Shown: one piece after another, positions 1 to 12,263 of the stretch | Numbering within the stretch: position 1 is the first letter of the stretch | Layout: each line of letters begins with the position of its first letter | Assembly (NCBI RefSeq): GCF_001194135.2 | Contig: NC_068981.1 | Coordinates: 188,916,250 to 188,980,249 of the forward strand | DNA length: 64,000 bases | Direction: 5' to 3' | Source of the DNA: Octopus bimaculoides | Taxonomy: Eukaryota | Position numbers and translations under genes: made by a program | The notes under the pieces: generated by a model | The model's database searches: none | The model's input: the letters and a program-made list of their open reading frames with translations, nothing else | Told to the model about the DNA's origin: nothing

Positions 1-60
<60 letters not shown>

Positions 61-876
61 AATTTGCATACAAAGCTTATATAAGATCATGTTTGGCGTG
101 CAAATGTGTGTGTGTGTATATATATTTCAGTGCCAGTGGCACGTAAATAGCACCATTTGAGCATGATCATTACCAGCGTTGCCTTACTGGCACTTGTGCC
201 GGTGGCACGTGAAAATACATTCAGAAATATGAAACTCAGAGCAATGGTTCAAGAAGTTTCAGCTTGCGACAATATCATCATCATCCAGTGTTTCGAATCC
301 AGGTTTTGTCCCTGTTAATGGGGGTGGCCGGATCTACCTCAGTGCCATAGCAACTACCCTCACAACATCTCGCCCGGTTTTGGGCGTCCTCCTTTTCCAA
401 ACCAACCCTCCCATTTCTCCTCCTCCACCTTTTCCTCGGTCTACCTCATTTTTGTGCTCCCTTTATCTCAAATGCAATCACCCACCTCAGAACATGTTCT
501 TCCTCCCTCCTCAATACACACCCATACCACCTCACTCCATTCACCCTTGCCATCCATTCCACCGATTCCTCCAGCCCCAGCATTCCCATCAAATCCTCAG
601 TCCACCTCTTATCAAATAATTGTTTCTAATTTAGGCACAAAGTCTGCAATTTTAGAAGGAGACGATTAGTTGCTGATTATATCAACCCAGGACATAACTT
701 AGTAATTGACAGATACTTTATTTTATTTAACATTGAGGAATGCAAACCAAAACTGACCTTGGGTGGATTTGAATAATTTCAGTATAAAGAGTGCTACAAA
801 TATTACATTTTATTTGTTGCTCCACTAGTTCTGACAACTCCCTACCCTTTTCAATAATAATATTACACACACTTAA

Positions 877-1088
877 GGTGGCAAACTGGCAGAAATGTTA
901 GCATGCCGGGCAAAATATTTAGAGGTATTTCGTCTGTCTTTATGTTCTGAGTTCAAATTCTGCTGAGGTCAACTTTGCTTTTCATTCTTTCAGGGTCGAT
1001 AAATTAAGTACCAGTTGTGTACTGGGGTTGACCTAATCGACTGGCCCCCTCCCCAAAAATTTCGGGCCTTGTGCTTAGAGTAAAAGAA
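877..1088 (+). mobile_element. tRNA-derived SINE family B (Nin/Deu-like central domain)
   Basis: Pol III A-box-like TGGCAGAAATGTTAG and B-box GAGTTCAAATTC; core GCTTTTCATTCTTTCAGGGTCGATAAATTAAGTACCAG; tail GGCCTTGTGCTTAGAG. Many copies in the window. Confidence 0.8.
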
Positions 1089-1932
1089 AAAAAATATCAC
1101 ACACACTTACACAAATACATACATACCACATGCATAAATAATCTGTATATTCATCTACTCATAGTATCTTTTTCAAACAAAATTTACATTATATTACACA
1201 GCATGAATATCAGCATTTTTACATCCAGTTATCCATGCTGACATGGATTTGTCATCAGAGTTTGTGACAATCCTTATTCATAGTTATGACTCTCTACGTC
1301 AGATAGCTGATAATGTAGCTAGCAGAGTCCACATTTTGCCTATGTATTCTATTTTTTGGCAAAGTTCATATGACAAGATGTTCCTCCCTTTTTCACCAAC
1401 CACTTTACAGAGTGTACATGGTGCATTTTATCATGGCACAGGCATTAGAGAAGTCGACTCAGTGAGAAGACCTAAAGAATCCCTTCTGTTTTGTATTGGT
1501 CCTTGTTTGAAGTTACTGTCTTGGATAGTTAACATGTGATGCAGACAGCAGAATCCACATCACACATAGTTCTTTCTATCACTGACCATCTTACAGTGTA
1601 TATTGACTGCATATTATCAGACCACCATCACTAGAAAAGTTATCCCATGTCCTTTCAGACAAACTATATAAATCATCACTCACAGGCACGTTTTACACTA
1701 TGCCACCCACTGCAGTCTTTCAACATTTGGCACATACAACAAAGTAAAAACTGGCTAAATACTTTGTGCATGTTGTGGTTGTTAATTGGTTTTTGTGGCT
1801 GGATGTTATGGCTTGTGACCAACCACCTCACCCCAGGAACTGGATGCATTTGATTCTCAGAACAGATTGTCTTCAACTGTATAACCTGCACCCATGTCGT
1901 ATAAACAGTCCACTCAAACGTTCCTTGGATCG

Positions 1933-2338
1933 TAGGGGGACATGCTGTGCTTGAGGAGACCTATTGAGTCAAATACATCAACATCAATATCGAAATCAAA
2001 TCAAATGGAAATTGTAGTTGTGACCTTCACGCCGATAGCACGTAAAAAGCACCATCTGAATGTGGCTGATGCCAGTGCCCTTTTGACTGGCTTCTGTGCT
2101 GGTGGCACGTAAAAAACACCATCCAATCATGGTCGATGCCAGCTCCACTGGACCGTGCCAGTGGCACGTAAAAAGCACCTACTACACTCTCAGAGTGGTT
2201 GGCGTTAGAAGCTACATCCAGCTGTAGAAACACTGCCAGATCAGATTTGGGCCTTGTGCAGCCTCCTGGCTTCCCAGACCCCAGTTGAACCGTCCAACCC
2301 ATGCCAGCATGGAAAACGGACGTTAAATGATGATGATG
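1933..2338 (+). mobile_element. SINE/LINE-tail family A with internal GGCACGTAAAAAGCACC repeats and (GAT)n tail
   Basis: Shared 3' end CCAACCCATGCCAGCATGGAAAACGGACGTTAAATGATGATG seen in at least 8 other loci. Confidence 0.8.
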
Positions 2339-2374
2339 TATCAACCTTGCAGCACAGTTCAGAACAGGTTAAAG

Positions 2375-2620
2375 TAGTGGTCCTCAACTAGGGTCTGTAT
2401 GACTCTTGGGGGCCCAAATAAGATTTTGTTGTTAAATTTATGTGCAATAAATTGCTTATATTTCTACAGATATTTTAATTTTTGTATACAATTCCTAATG
2501 ATGTTTAATTACAAAAATACAGTTGGATGTCGTTTATACACATCGAATGGCTATGGAGGTCCAGTGGAGTATAATAGGAATCAGAGGGGTCCATAGACAA
2601 AAAATGGTTGAGAACCACTG
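2375..2620. mobile_element. hAT (Charlie-like) MITE
   Basis: TIRs (T/C)AGTGGTCCTCAAC...GTTGAGAACCACTG with an 8-bp TSD ggttaaag/ggttaaaa. Related copy at 21906-22058. Confidence 0.8.
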
Positions 2621-2635
2621 GGTTAAAAGAACAGC

Positions 2636-3142
2636 TGTCTGGCTTCTGTGCCAGTGGCACGTAAATAGCACCATTTGAGAGTGATCGTTACCAGCGTCGC
2701 CTTACTGGCACTTGTGCTGGTGGCACGTGAAAAAACATTTGAGCGAGGTCATTGCCAGTGCTGCTGGACTGGCTCCTGTGCAAGTCATCATCATCATCAT
2801 CATCGTTTAACGTCCGCTTTCCATGCTAGCATGGGTTGGACGATTTGACTGAGGACTGGTGAAACCGGATGGCAACACCAGGCTCCAGTCTGGCACATAA
2901 AAAACATCATTTTGAGCATGGCCATTGCCAGTACCGGTTGACTGGCCCTCGTGCTGGTGGCACATAAAAGCATCCACTACACATTCGGAGTGGTTGGCAT
3001 TAGGAAGGGCATCTAGTTGTAGAAACTCTGCCAGATCAGATTGGGGCCTGGTGCAGCCTTCTGGTTTGCTAGTCCTCAGTCAAATCGTCCAACCCATGCC
3101 AGCATGGAAGGCAAACATTAAACGATGATGATGATGATGATG
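2636..3142. mobile_element. Composite family A locus: + copy interrupted by a - strand 3' end (about 2785-2888)
   Basis: (CAT)n-CGTTTAACGTCCGC tail in reverse orientation between + strand internal repeats; + strand tail ends at 3142. Confidence 0.75.
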
Positions 3143-4071
3143 AAGGTGGAATTAAGGTTAATGTAAGTTTTCTCAAGCTGCTAGGAGTGGGACGGATGGG
3201 GAATCGCAATGACTGTAGCCTGCGTTGCTTACAAATTAATATAATTAAATGGTTCCTATATAAAATTAAATTGCCCTTGTTGGAAACATCAAATTATTTA
3301 AGATAGTGGGGACAAGAGAATGGCAATAATAATTATAATAATGAATGAATGATTAAACTTATAATTGCTGGCAAATGTTCCAAGGCATCCATCTTTGTCA
3401 GTGAATGATTTTTGAATGAAAATTTGACCAGTGTAAACAATATGTTGTACCCTACATGTGTGTTGTGCATGATAATTTTATAAAATTTATAATTAAATAT
3501 CTCTTATTGAATTAAATATATGTAATAAGAAAATATTTTAAACACTCTGATCAAGAGAAAATATTATTGCAAATTGGTTAATTATATCTTTCAACTGAAT
3601 TAGTCATTTGGATCCTAGGTTTTCATTAATTAATAAAGTAATAATGACTTTGTAAATAAGGAGAAATTATTTTAACACTGTTATTTAAAATATTATAGTT
3701 TAAGGCATAAAACTACAATATATGAATACATTTGAAGAAAAAAGTCAATTTCTGTTGCAAAAGAATGAAGACAAATAAAGGGTACTTTCTATAGAATGCA
3801 GATAATTTTTATTGATTTGAATGTTGAAGGGTAGGATTATCAGTTCAGGATGCAGACAGTTTGGATGGGAAACCACAAGAACCAGATTACTAGTAAGACT
3901 AAACCACTTTATTTTCTGTTTACTAATCTGTAAAAGGTTCTTGACAAGAGTTTTGCTCTATAGTTAACTGGTCACTAAAGAAACTATGTATAGATAGATA
4001 TATGAGAGTTACACATGAAAGTATCATTAGCAAAGTTAGCATCAACAAATAAATTCAGTGCTACATTTGGT

Positions 4072-4522
4072 GTCAATATCGAAATCAAAATGGAAATTGT
4101 AATTGTGGCCAGTGCCAGTGCCGCCTGATTGGGACCCATGCTGGGGGAATGTAATAAGCATCATTCAAGCATGGGTTGATGCCAGTCTCCCCACCGCCCC
4201 CTGACTGGCTCCAAAGCACCATCCAAACGAGGTCAATGCCAGTGCCACCTGATCGGTTCCCTGTGCCAGTGGCACGTAAAAAGCACCATACAAATGTGGT
4301 CAATGCCAGTGCTGCCTGACTGGCTCCCATGCTGGTGGCATGTAAAAAGCACCCACTACACTCTCGGAGTGATTGGCATTAGGAAGGGCATCCAGCTGTA
4401 GGAACCTTGCCAGATCAGACTGGAGCCTGACGCAGCCTCCTGGCTTCCCAGTTTTCAGTTAAACCAGTCAACCCATGCCAGTATGGAAGACGAACGTTAA
4501 ACAATGATGATGATGATGATGA
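4072..4522 (+). mobile_element. Family A element
   Basis: Internal GCCAGTGCC/GGCACGTAAAAAGCACC repeats, TTAGGAAGGGCATCCAGCTGTAG body, (GAT)n tail. Confidence 0.8.
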
Positions 4523-6623
4523 GCTCCATCCTCAGTTTAGTCTTATACTTAAGACTATAAATGGCAATTAATATTAGGATTTCGGGTGTAAGTGAAGATA
4601 TGTTTGCAGGAGAAAGAAAGTGTTTCGACCAAAAAAATGTCTATGTACTACACAGTGTGTTTGTTGAAGAAGAAATGAAACTTCTGCAAAGCTCTGTCAA
4701 CTCTCTCCTCCTGCATGTATAACATGTACAAGCGTAAATACTGCCTTGAGAGAGACATATAATAAACAAGCACATGCTTTTGACAGGAATGTAAAGATCT
4801 GTGGAAAATGGGTCTCTATAAATCACTCTTCTATAACCTTTTAAGCATTTCAGGGCAACTTTTATTGTGTTGCAAATCTCTACTGTGTGACGGGCATTTA
4901 TGCAGTCAAACGTCTCACACAAAGATGTATGTATGTATGTATGTATATTTATATATATATATATATATGCATGCATACATATAGGCACAAATATACACTA
5001 GGGGGTGTGGTCAGACTAAACTTCCTGTTACCAGTAAATTACTCTTCATCATGAAATCAACACTGTACATTTGCATCAAGTCCACCACTAGTTCAACCAA
5101 CCGTCCTACACAAACAGGCAGCTGTTATTATAGTCCACTTGCTGTTTTAGCTCACTTGTGCTCTTTCATTCATGCTAACAGAACACACCTAGCAAATCAT
5201 ACATGACTAATTTCTTTCCAGCCACTGCAGATCTCCAATATCCAATTCGCATGTCTCTCACAGACGTGTGGCTTCTCACATTTTATATATACTTCTTACA
5301 GAAAGCAACATTTTTGTTGTCAATGTCAAACTATGTTTTATTGCTCGAACTCCTTCTCTTCTCTGTATTGTTTATTACTGATTATTACATTCGGTTGTAT
5401 GAGATGAATATCTCAGCTAAAGTTCAGGTCTATTTCCTTCAACTGAAATTGATTACAGGCTTTCATGGCTTTTAATCTCGCTACTCCATCTCTGAATGTG
5501 CTGCCGATATTCTCCTTTTATCTCCTCCAATAAACTCAGCCAATTTCAAAAGATCACAAATTATTCCACCAAGCTTTTTATCCCTCTTCCCTTTCATTAG
5601 TAATGTCCTCCATATCACATTCTACATCTGAAGATAATAACTTTTCCCATTTTTCAATTTTCTTTCTATCACAAATTCCTTTTAATCCTGAAGAAAAATG
5701 AAAATTAAACAAGAGGCTTTCATTATTTATATGCCTGAGGCAGAACAACCTACACATTCCACATCTATTCTTTCACAAATTTCTTTAGTTTTCAAAGCAA
5801 AAAAACACCAGACAATCTACCAGTGCAGATCCCTCTATTTCAGATTTGATTCTTTTTTTTTTATTTTTATGGTTTTGTCCAAAAGTAGCAGAAGCACCTA
5901 TAACCTTGTCTTATAACTTCTAAGACTAACTAATTATAAATACATACCAGAAATATTGCATAAACTGGTTATAAATTTGCATGAATAACATTAAACCTTG
6001 TGTGCTATTTCACTCTGGTTGTATAATTAATTATTACAAGCAGTATCTGTGGAAATTCCAGTTAGTTGAACTCAGTAACAGTGTTAGAAGTTAGAAGCAA
6101 ACCATGAAATACAAATGTTTTTGTTTTTGAAACTGCATTTTTTTCTAAAGCATTGAAGGTATTGATGATGTAATTTTAAGAAAGATCATCTTTTGAAAAC
6201 TACATTCATTGTGATATTCTTGCCACCTCTCCTACCTTGAGAGGTGTAATATATTACTCTTACAAACTATAGACCAGTTCCAAATGCTTGCAACAGGGTA
6301 GGGCCATGTTAAAAGTACCCAGGGTTAGCATGTGGTGGTGTCAAATGGAGCAGAATATTGATCTACCACCCAAGAACATGAATGGTTCATTTGGATTGCT
6401 TACAGAGAGTTTTTGCCAATTCAATTACAGTCATAAGACTACAATAAAAGATACTTGCCCAAGGAATTGTGCCATTGGAGGGAACCCAGAACTGTATGAT
6501 TCTCAGGCAAACTTTTTAACCACATGACCACTTCCAGCAATGCAATTGCAGATGGAGCAAAATTTTTTCATGCAAGGTGTAAAAAATGAATAATACAAGT
6601 TGATGGTTATATTTATATATGCA

Positions 6624-6627
<4 letters not shown>

Positions 6628-6683
<56 letters not shown>
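6628..6683. repeat. (TG)n microsatellite
   Basis: Directly visible. Confidence 0.95.
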
Positions 6684-6685
<2 letters not shown>

Positions 6686-7576
6686 TGTTTGTGAAAAAAT
6701 AATGGAAGGTACTCGGCATTTAGCAATGAATGTCACAGTGTGCTATCAATTGGCAGATACGTAGAAAGTGTCCTGAAGTTTAATTCTTGTTCTGACTCAC
6801 TGTTGTATCCAAATTCTACTGAGGTCAACTTGGTTATTTCAGCATTGATAAAGTGCCATTCCAAGTTTGGTAGAATTGCTAAAGTGTCAGACAAGATGCC
6901 TTGTGGTATTTGTTCAGGTTATCTTTATTCTGAGATTTTGGTTGGTAGATTAAATTTCAGCCCCCAGTTTATGACCACCACTTCAAAAATAAACAATTCA
7001 GTTGTACAGTAATTTTATTTCATTTCTTTTAAATTATTAAGGAAGATTGTGGTAACCTTACCGAATTGACCTCGATACAGTCTAATATACTTTAGGTACT
7101 TAGTGACATTTTAAAATGTAATATCTACTACCTTATTTACATGTATATGTGTGTGCACACATGCCTGTGTGTGTGACATTTTTATCTTATATTTCTATGA
7201 ACCATAATTTATACTACCATTAGATTTTTTACAAACAATTTTGTTGCTCATTATTGGTGTCTTTCACAACCTTATGTTTTTAATGCATAATTTGCTTCCT
7301 TTTTTTTTTTTGTACTACAATGAAAAACTCGTAAATAGAACCAGGTAAAAATCTATGATGAAATACACTCCTTGACAGCTATATTTTCTAGTACACAATA
7401 ACCATATACAAGAAACAGTATATAAAATGGTGTATAATGTTTTTTTTTTTGTATGCAAAACATTAAATTTTATGTTCCATTTCAATCTATTTAGTTGTAT
7501 AATTAGTTTTTACTAGCTGTACCTGTACTTTCTTGAAGTTAATACAGAACCATGAAATAAATATAAATGATATATA

Positions 7577-7740
7577 GCCGCAGCATGGCTGTGTGGTAAG
7601 AAACTTGATTCTAAACCACATGGTTCCAGGTTCAGTTCCACTGCATGGCACTTTGGGCAAGTGTCTTCTACTATAGCCTCAGACTGACCAAAGCCTTGTG
7701 AGTGGATTTGGCAGATGGAAACTGGAAGAAGCCCGACATG

Positions 7741-7771
<31 letters not shown>

Positions 7772-8020
7772 TACAGTTCTATATTTAAGAGATGAGAAAA
7801 TATGTACATTATTTACATTTGACGGATATTTGTCCTTATCTTGTTTGCTGTTAACACACCGTTTCAGCTGATATGCCCTCCAGACTTTATCGGGTGTCTT
7901 GGGGAAACCAGGTTTGAAATTTCCCCAAGACACCTGATGAAAGCTGGAGGGTATATCAGCCAAAACATTGTGTTAACAACAAACAAGATGAGGACAAATA
8001 TCCGTGAAATGTAAATATTG

Positions 8021-8066
<46 letters not shown>

Positions 8067-8260
8067 TATGCTTGTACCCCCCACCATCACTTGACAATCG
8101 ATGTTGGTGTCTTTATGTCCCCGTAATTAGGGGTTTGGCAAAAGAGACTGATTGAATAAGTACTAGGCTAACAAAGAGTAAGTCCTGAAGTCGATTTGTT
8201 CAACTAAAGGCAGTGCTCCAGCATGATCCCAGTCAAATGACAAAAACAACTAAATGAATA
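7577..8260 (+). mobile_element. tRNA-derived SINE family C (central TA/TG microsatellite), interrupted by a Penelope-like insert
   Basis: Head GCAGCATGGCTGTGTGGTAAG...GGTTCAGTTCCACTG, core CTTTGGGCAAGTGTCTTCTACTATAGCC, tail ...CCAGCATGATCCCAGTCAAATGAC. Uninterrupted reverse copy at 62660-63050. Confidence 0.8.
7774..8016. mobile_element. Inverted pair of Penelope-like (pLTR) units with degenerate hammerhead cores
   Basis: 7774-7907 (-) and 7917-8016 (+) are reverse complements over about 95 nt; each has GACAC-CTGATGA-helix II-GAAAC-like order. Third copy at 56841-56986. Confidence 0.65.
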
Positions 8261-8479
8261 TTATTCTAAGTATTTTTTTCTAAAACATTTGTTTTTCCTC
8301 AAGATGATGCGATCTAAAGAAAGAACATTTTGAAAACCACATAGTTGTACACTACTTATCTCTGCTACTTTGAGACTTGTAATCTCACATTTTATCTTTA
8401 CATCAAGAAGTGAATGCACTGTGGAAAGAGATACAGGCAATCTACTATGATCAAAATTACTGAAGGCACATGGCCTAGT

Positions 8480-8776
8480 GGAGGCATATGGTCTGGTGGT
8501 TAGAGCAGTGGACTCACGGTCGAGGGATCGAATCTCAGACCAGGTGATGTGTGTGATTATGAGCAAAACACTTAAGCTCCACATAGCTCTGGCAGAAGAT
8601 AATGGCGACCCTCTGCTCACTCTTTCACCACAACTTTCACTCTTTCCTCCTGCATCTAACAGCTCACCTGTGATGGACCGGTGTCCCATCCATGTAGGGA
8701 ACCTATGAGCCGATGAAACCAGGAAACCGGCCCCTATGAGCCAGACATAGTTCGAGAAGGAACAAACAGCAAACAA
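8480..8776 (+). mobile_element. tRNA-derived SINE family D with (AAC)n-like tail
   Basis: tRNA-like head GGAGGCATATGGTCTGGTGGTTAGAGCAGTGGACTCACGGTCGAGGGATCG and 3' end GAGAAGGAACAAACAGCAAAC. Confidence 0.65.
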
Positions 8777-10761
8777 AATTACGGAAAATATATTCTTAAC
8801 TCTGGAATGGAACAGAAGATATAACTGTTCAACATCATTGTTTTTATTCCCACTTTTTCATGCTTGCATGGATCAGACAGAATTTATTGGGGTAGATTTT
8901 CAATGACCAGATGCCCTTCTTGTGCCAACCCTTGCTTGTTTCTAAGTATTCCTCCTTGGCCTGAAAAGTTTTTCACAGAAGAATGAAAATGAATGTTACT
9001 TATTTTCAACTATTGAGCAGTGTTAGACAAAAATACACACATACACATGAGCTTCTTTCAGTTTCCATCAAGCAAATCCACTCATAATACTTTGTTCAGG
9101 TCAGAGGTATAGTAGAAGATGTTTGCCTAAGATACCACACATTGGGATTAAACCTGAAATTGTAAATTTAGAAAGTATGCTTTTTAATCACACAGCCACA
9201 TCTATATCATCATTTCACCTCCATGTTCCATGCTGGCATGGGCTGAAAGATTAAACCCATTCATGCTGATCATCTGTTTAAAATGATGATTTATAAGGGT
9301 ATAAAACAAATACTTGATACAAATTGTGATTTGTGTATGATCTGTATCAAAGAATGAAACATGTTCTTAATGCATATGTAGTCTGTATCAAATGGATTTC
9401 AATGAAATTTTTTTTTCAGTTGCTATTTAGGTCAAAATAATAGTATCTGTGAATTTTCAGACAATTTCATTCACTAGAAAAATTCCGGCACGAATGAGTT
9501 AACAGGATCTAAAGTGTCCAAGGACTGCATTGTTAGAAACTGTAACTTGCCTGAAGCCCTTGACTTGACCAAAATAAAATATATCATCATCATTGTTTTA
9601 ACATCCATTTTTCGATGCTGGCATGGTTGGACAGACTTTATAGAGGCAGATTTTCTATAGCCAGATGCCCTTCTTGTTGCCAGGCATCTAGATTCCTGAT
9701 GAGACAGGTTCATTCTGTGAGTCTACAAAACTAAATTGCATGGAGCTGAGTTAAACTGTTATCAAATCATGTGTTTGTGTGTACATACAAATATGTATAT
9801 GTGTGTATGCATCAATTCATAATATATATTTGCTAAATGAATTGTCTTATGAATAATAAATATATACCATAAAAATGTTCACACCATTTATATTATATAA
9901 ATGGTGTGAACATATGGCTTCAATTTCATTCCATAGTTTAACAGTCTTGAATATGCTATAAATGTGTGTTTGATAAACGATGTCTTTAATATCATTCCTT
10001 AGTTAAATTAACACTTTTTAAAAATCTTGCATAAGTAGACCATAGGAAAATAATATTAATAGTAAATTAAGATAGTTACTTTAGATTGAATAAGTAAAAA
10101 AATATGATTAGTTACACTCTATATGAAGCTGAGAACGAATTTGATAAGTTAAAGGTTAGTATATGGAAAATAAATACGGGTAGGAGAGACATTCTCTGAG
10201 GATGCAATCCTGAGAAGTCAAGAATGTAAAGGATATTGAACAGTGAGTTTTGGAAGATGGTCATATCATATTTTTAAAGAGATGAAAGATTTTGGGATGT
10301 AATTCTTTGTTGTTAGCCCCAGTCAGTCCTGTTGAAACAATTCAGTACCACATAGGTAGTCAATATATTTACTAGGTGCAGACAATGGATCCAGTGCTCC
10401 AGATATTTACCATTTTGGGAACTATGTCATGTACTCCAAGTTATAAGAGTTTATCATATAAAGTACAATGTCCCAGGCTGTGAATGTTGCATCCCCTCCT
10501 ATGTCTAGTATGTTCTTGCAGGATCATTGATGTGTTTGTTATTGTCATTTAGTTGCAGATTATCCTTGCTTAAGCAGACCAGTTGCATAAGCTTACAATC
10601 TATAAAACCGCTAGTAACATTCTGACCATTTATATGTCAATTGCTCATCAGTATAAAAGTATACACACCTACCACTTGCTCCCTTCCCTCGATTTCTCCT
10701 TTTATACACTTATTATTTCTCTTTCTCACGATTCCTATGCTTCTTTTGGTCTTTTTTTCCC

Positions 10762-10797
10762 CCTTCTGATGAAAGACTAATGCCTGAAACATTAAGG
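10762..10797 (+). ncRNA. Degenerate minimal type I hammerhead motif (second family)
   Basis: CCTT-CTGATGA-A-AGAC-TAAT-GCCT-GAAA-C-ATT-AAGG. Helix I CCTT/AAGG is perfect, helix II has one mismatch, and C-ATT lacks the C-G pair of helix III. Confidence 0.45.
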
Positions 10798-10887
10798 CAC
10801 TTTCTTCATTCTAATGGAAACCTAATGCTATATTCATTAAACTTCATCCAGTTCATTTTCATGTTTATTGTTTTTACACACACACAC

Positions 10888-11088
10888 TCTCGTGCGGGTG
10901 ACACGTAAAAGCACCCACTACACTCTCTGAGTGGTTGGCGTTAGGAAGGGCATCCAGCTGTAGAAACTCTGCCAAATTAGATTGGAGCCTGGTGTTGCCA
11001 TCCGGTTTCACCAGTCCTCAGTCAAATCGTCCAACCCATGCTAGCATGGAAAGCGGACGTTAAACGATGATGATGATGATGATGATGA

Positions 11089-11091
<3 letters not shown>
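10888..11091 (+). mobile_element. Young 5'-truncated family A element
   Basis: CpG-intact body and (GAT)n tail; 3' 47 nt identical to three other copies. Confidence 0.85.
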
Positions 11092-11121
<30 letters not shown>

Positions 11122-11124
<3 letters not shown>

Positions 11125-11190
11125 GGTCATTCAAAAGTCTCCATACATAGGAAAAATTAACTTTTTTATAAGAAACTGTTTATAAGATCC
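11122..11190 (+). mobile_element. Solo Tc1/mariner-like terminus in a (TA)n tract
   Basis: TA|CAGGGTCATTCAAAAGTCTCC resembles the CAGGGTG(T)TCACAAAG TIR at 61640; no partner end seen. Confidence 0.35.
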
Positions 11191-12263
11191 CTTAGATCCC
11201 CTGAGGTTATAGTAGTGGGACTGAACCCAGAACTATGTGGTTGGGAAGCAAGCTTCTTACCATATAGCTATACCTGTGCATATTAGTGATATTAGAATGA
11301 TTTCGTAGACATGTTGATTGGATTATTTATATATTAGTAGTGTTTTCAATGGTTGTAAAAGTATTTCATGATGCTTTTATAAGACATTGTTGCAGAAATG
11401 TTGATAGGATATTCATGTAGCAGTGTTCTGAAATATTGTTAGATTGGTGTCATAGTAGTGGTGTTAATACAGTGTTGTACAAATGTTGCTATGTTGTAGA
11501 TTGTTATAAATGTGTTACTGGATGTTGTAGAAGTTTGATTAAGATTTTCTCTTGCATCATCACACATAGACATCTTTGACAACACAGACAGAACAGTTAC
11601 ACAACATTTTGCCAGGAAATCACAAATTGCCTGAATGGTTTTGTAGAATCATTGTAGAAATGTAAGAAAGGTGTTCTGGTGTGTTGTAGAAATGTTGTAA
11701 AGACAGTGTTGTGGAGTTGCTCTTCCATTTGATTAATGTTTGTGCAACAAACTGTGCTCTTAATATGTCCTCGTCTATTTCATTGACAATATGCTGTTTT
11801 GGCTGTGTAGCTTGCTGCTATTATTGATCTGTCTTTGATCAGCACTAACAGAATGCATATATAATCAAAGTCATATCAGTTCTGATCATCCTATCTATGT
11901 TGTGCAATGTACCTTCCCATTCCCTTAACAGTAGAGTATGATGTGTTTATGTTTTAGCAGGTCAAATTATCACATAAAAGCCCCCATGGATTATCTGTGA
12001 ACCAGAATTGTGTGCAGCCTGGCTTGAAATGTATTATTCATTGTTTTTTTTAAAATTTTTATTTGTAGTTTGTTGCAAATTTTTGTGCAGAGATTGGATA
12101 CCTAGCCTTAACTTGAATATTTCTTCATCTATCTGATATATTGTTTGTGCAATAGTATGATGAATGCTCTCTTTTTTTTTGTATGTGTGTGTACTATGTA
12201 TATTACTTATCCAATATAAATCTCTATGTCACCTGCCTCTATTTGAAAATTCCACTATTTCAG

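Noticed and set aside
1990-2190. Repeated GGCACGTAAAAAGCACC with spacers, superficially CRISPR-like
   Set aside because: Eukaryotic intron; spacers are homologous to each other; no cas genes; it is the interior of a dispersed repeat.
8480-8545. tRNA-like sequence (also 14581, 7577, 877)
   Set aside because: No complete cloverleaf; each continues into a SINE body and tail.
9695-9725. CTGATGAGACAGGTTCATTCTGTGAG hammerhead-like start
   Set aside because: GAAA core and helix I partner missing.
1-12263. Upstream PDE1 exon or promoter
   Set aside because: No exon with a phase 2 donor and the expected first CaM-site peptide was found; it probably lies 5' of the window.
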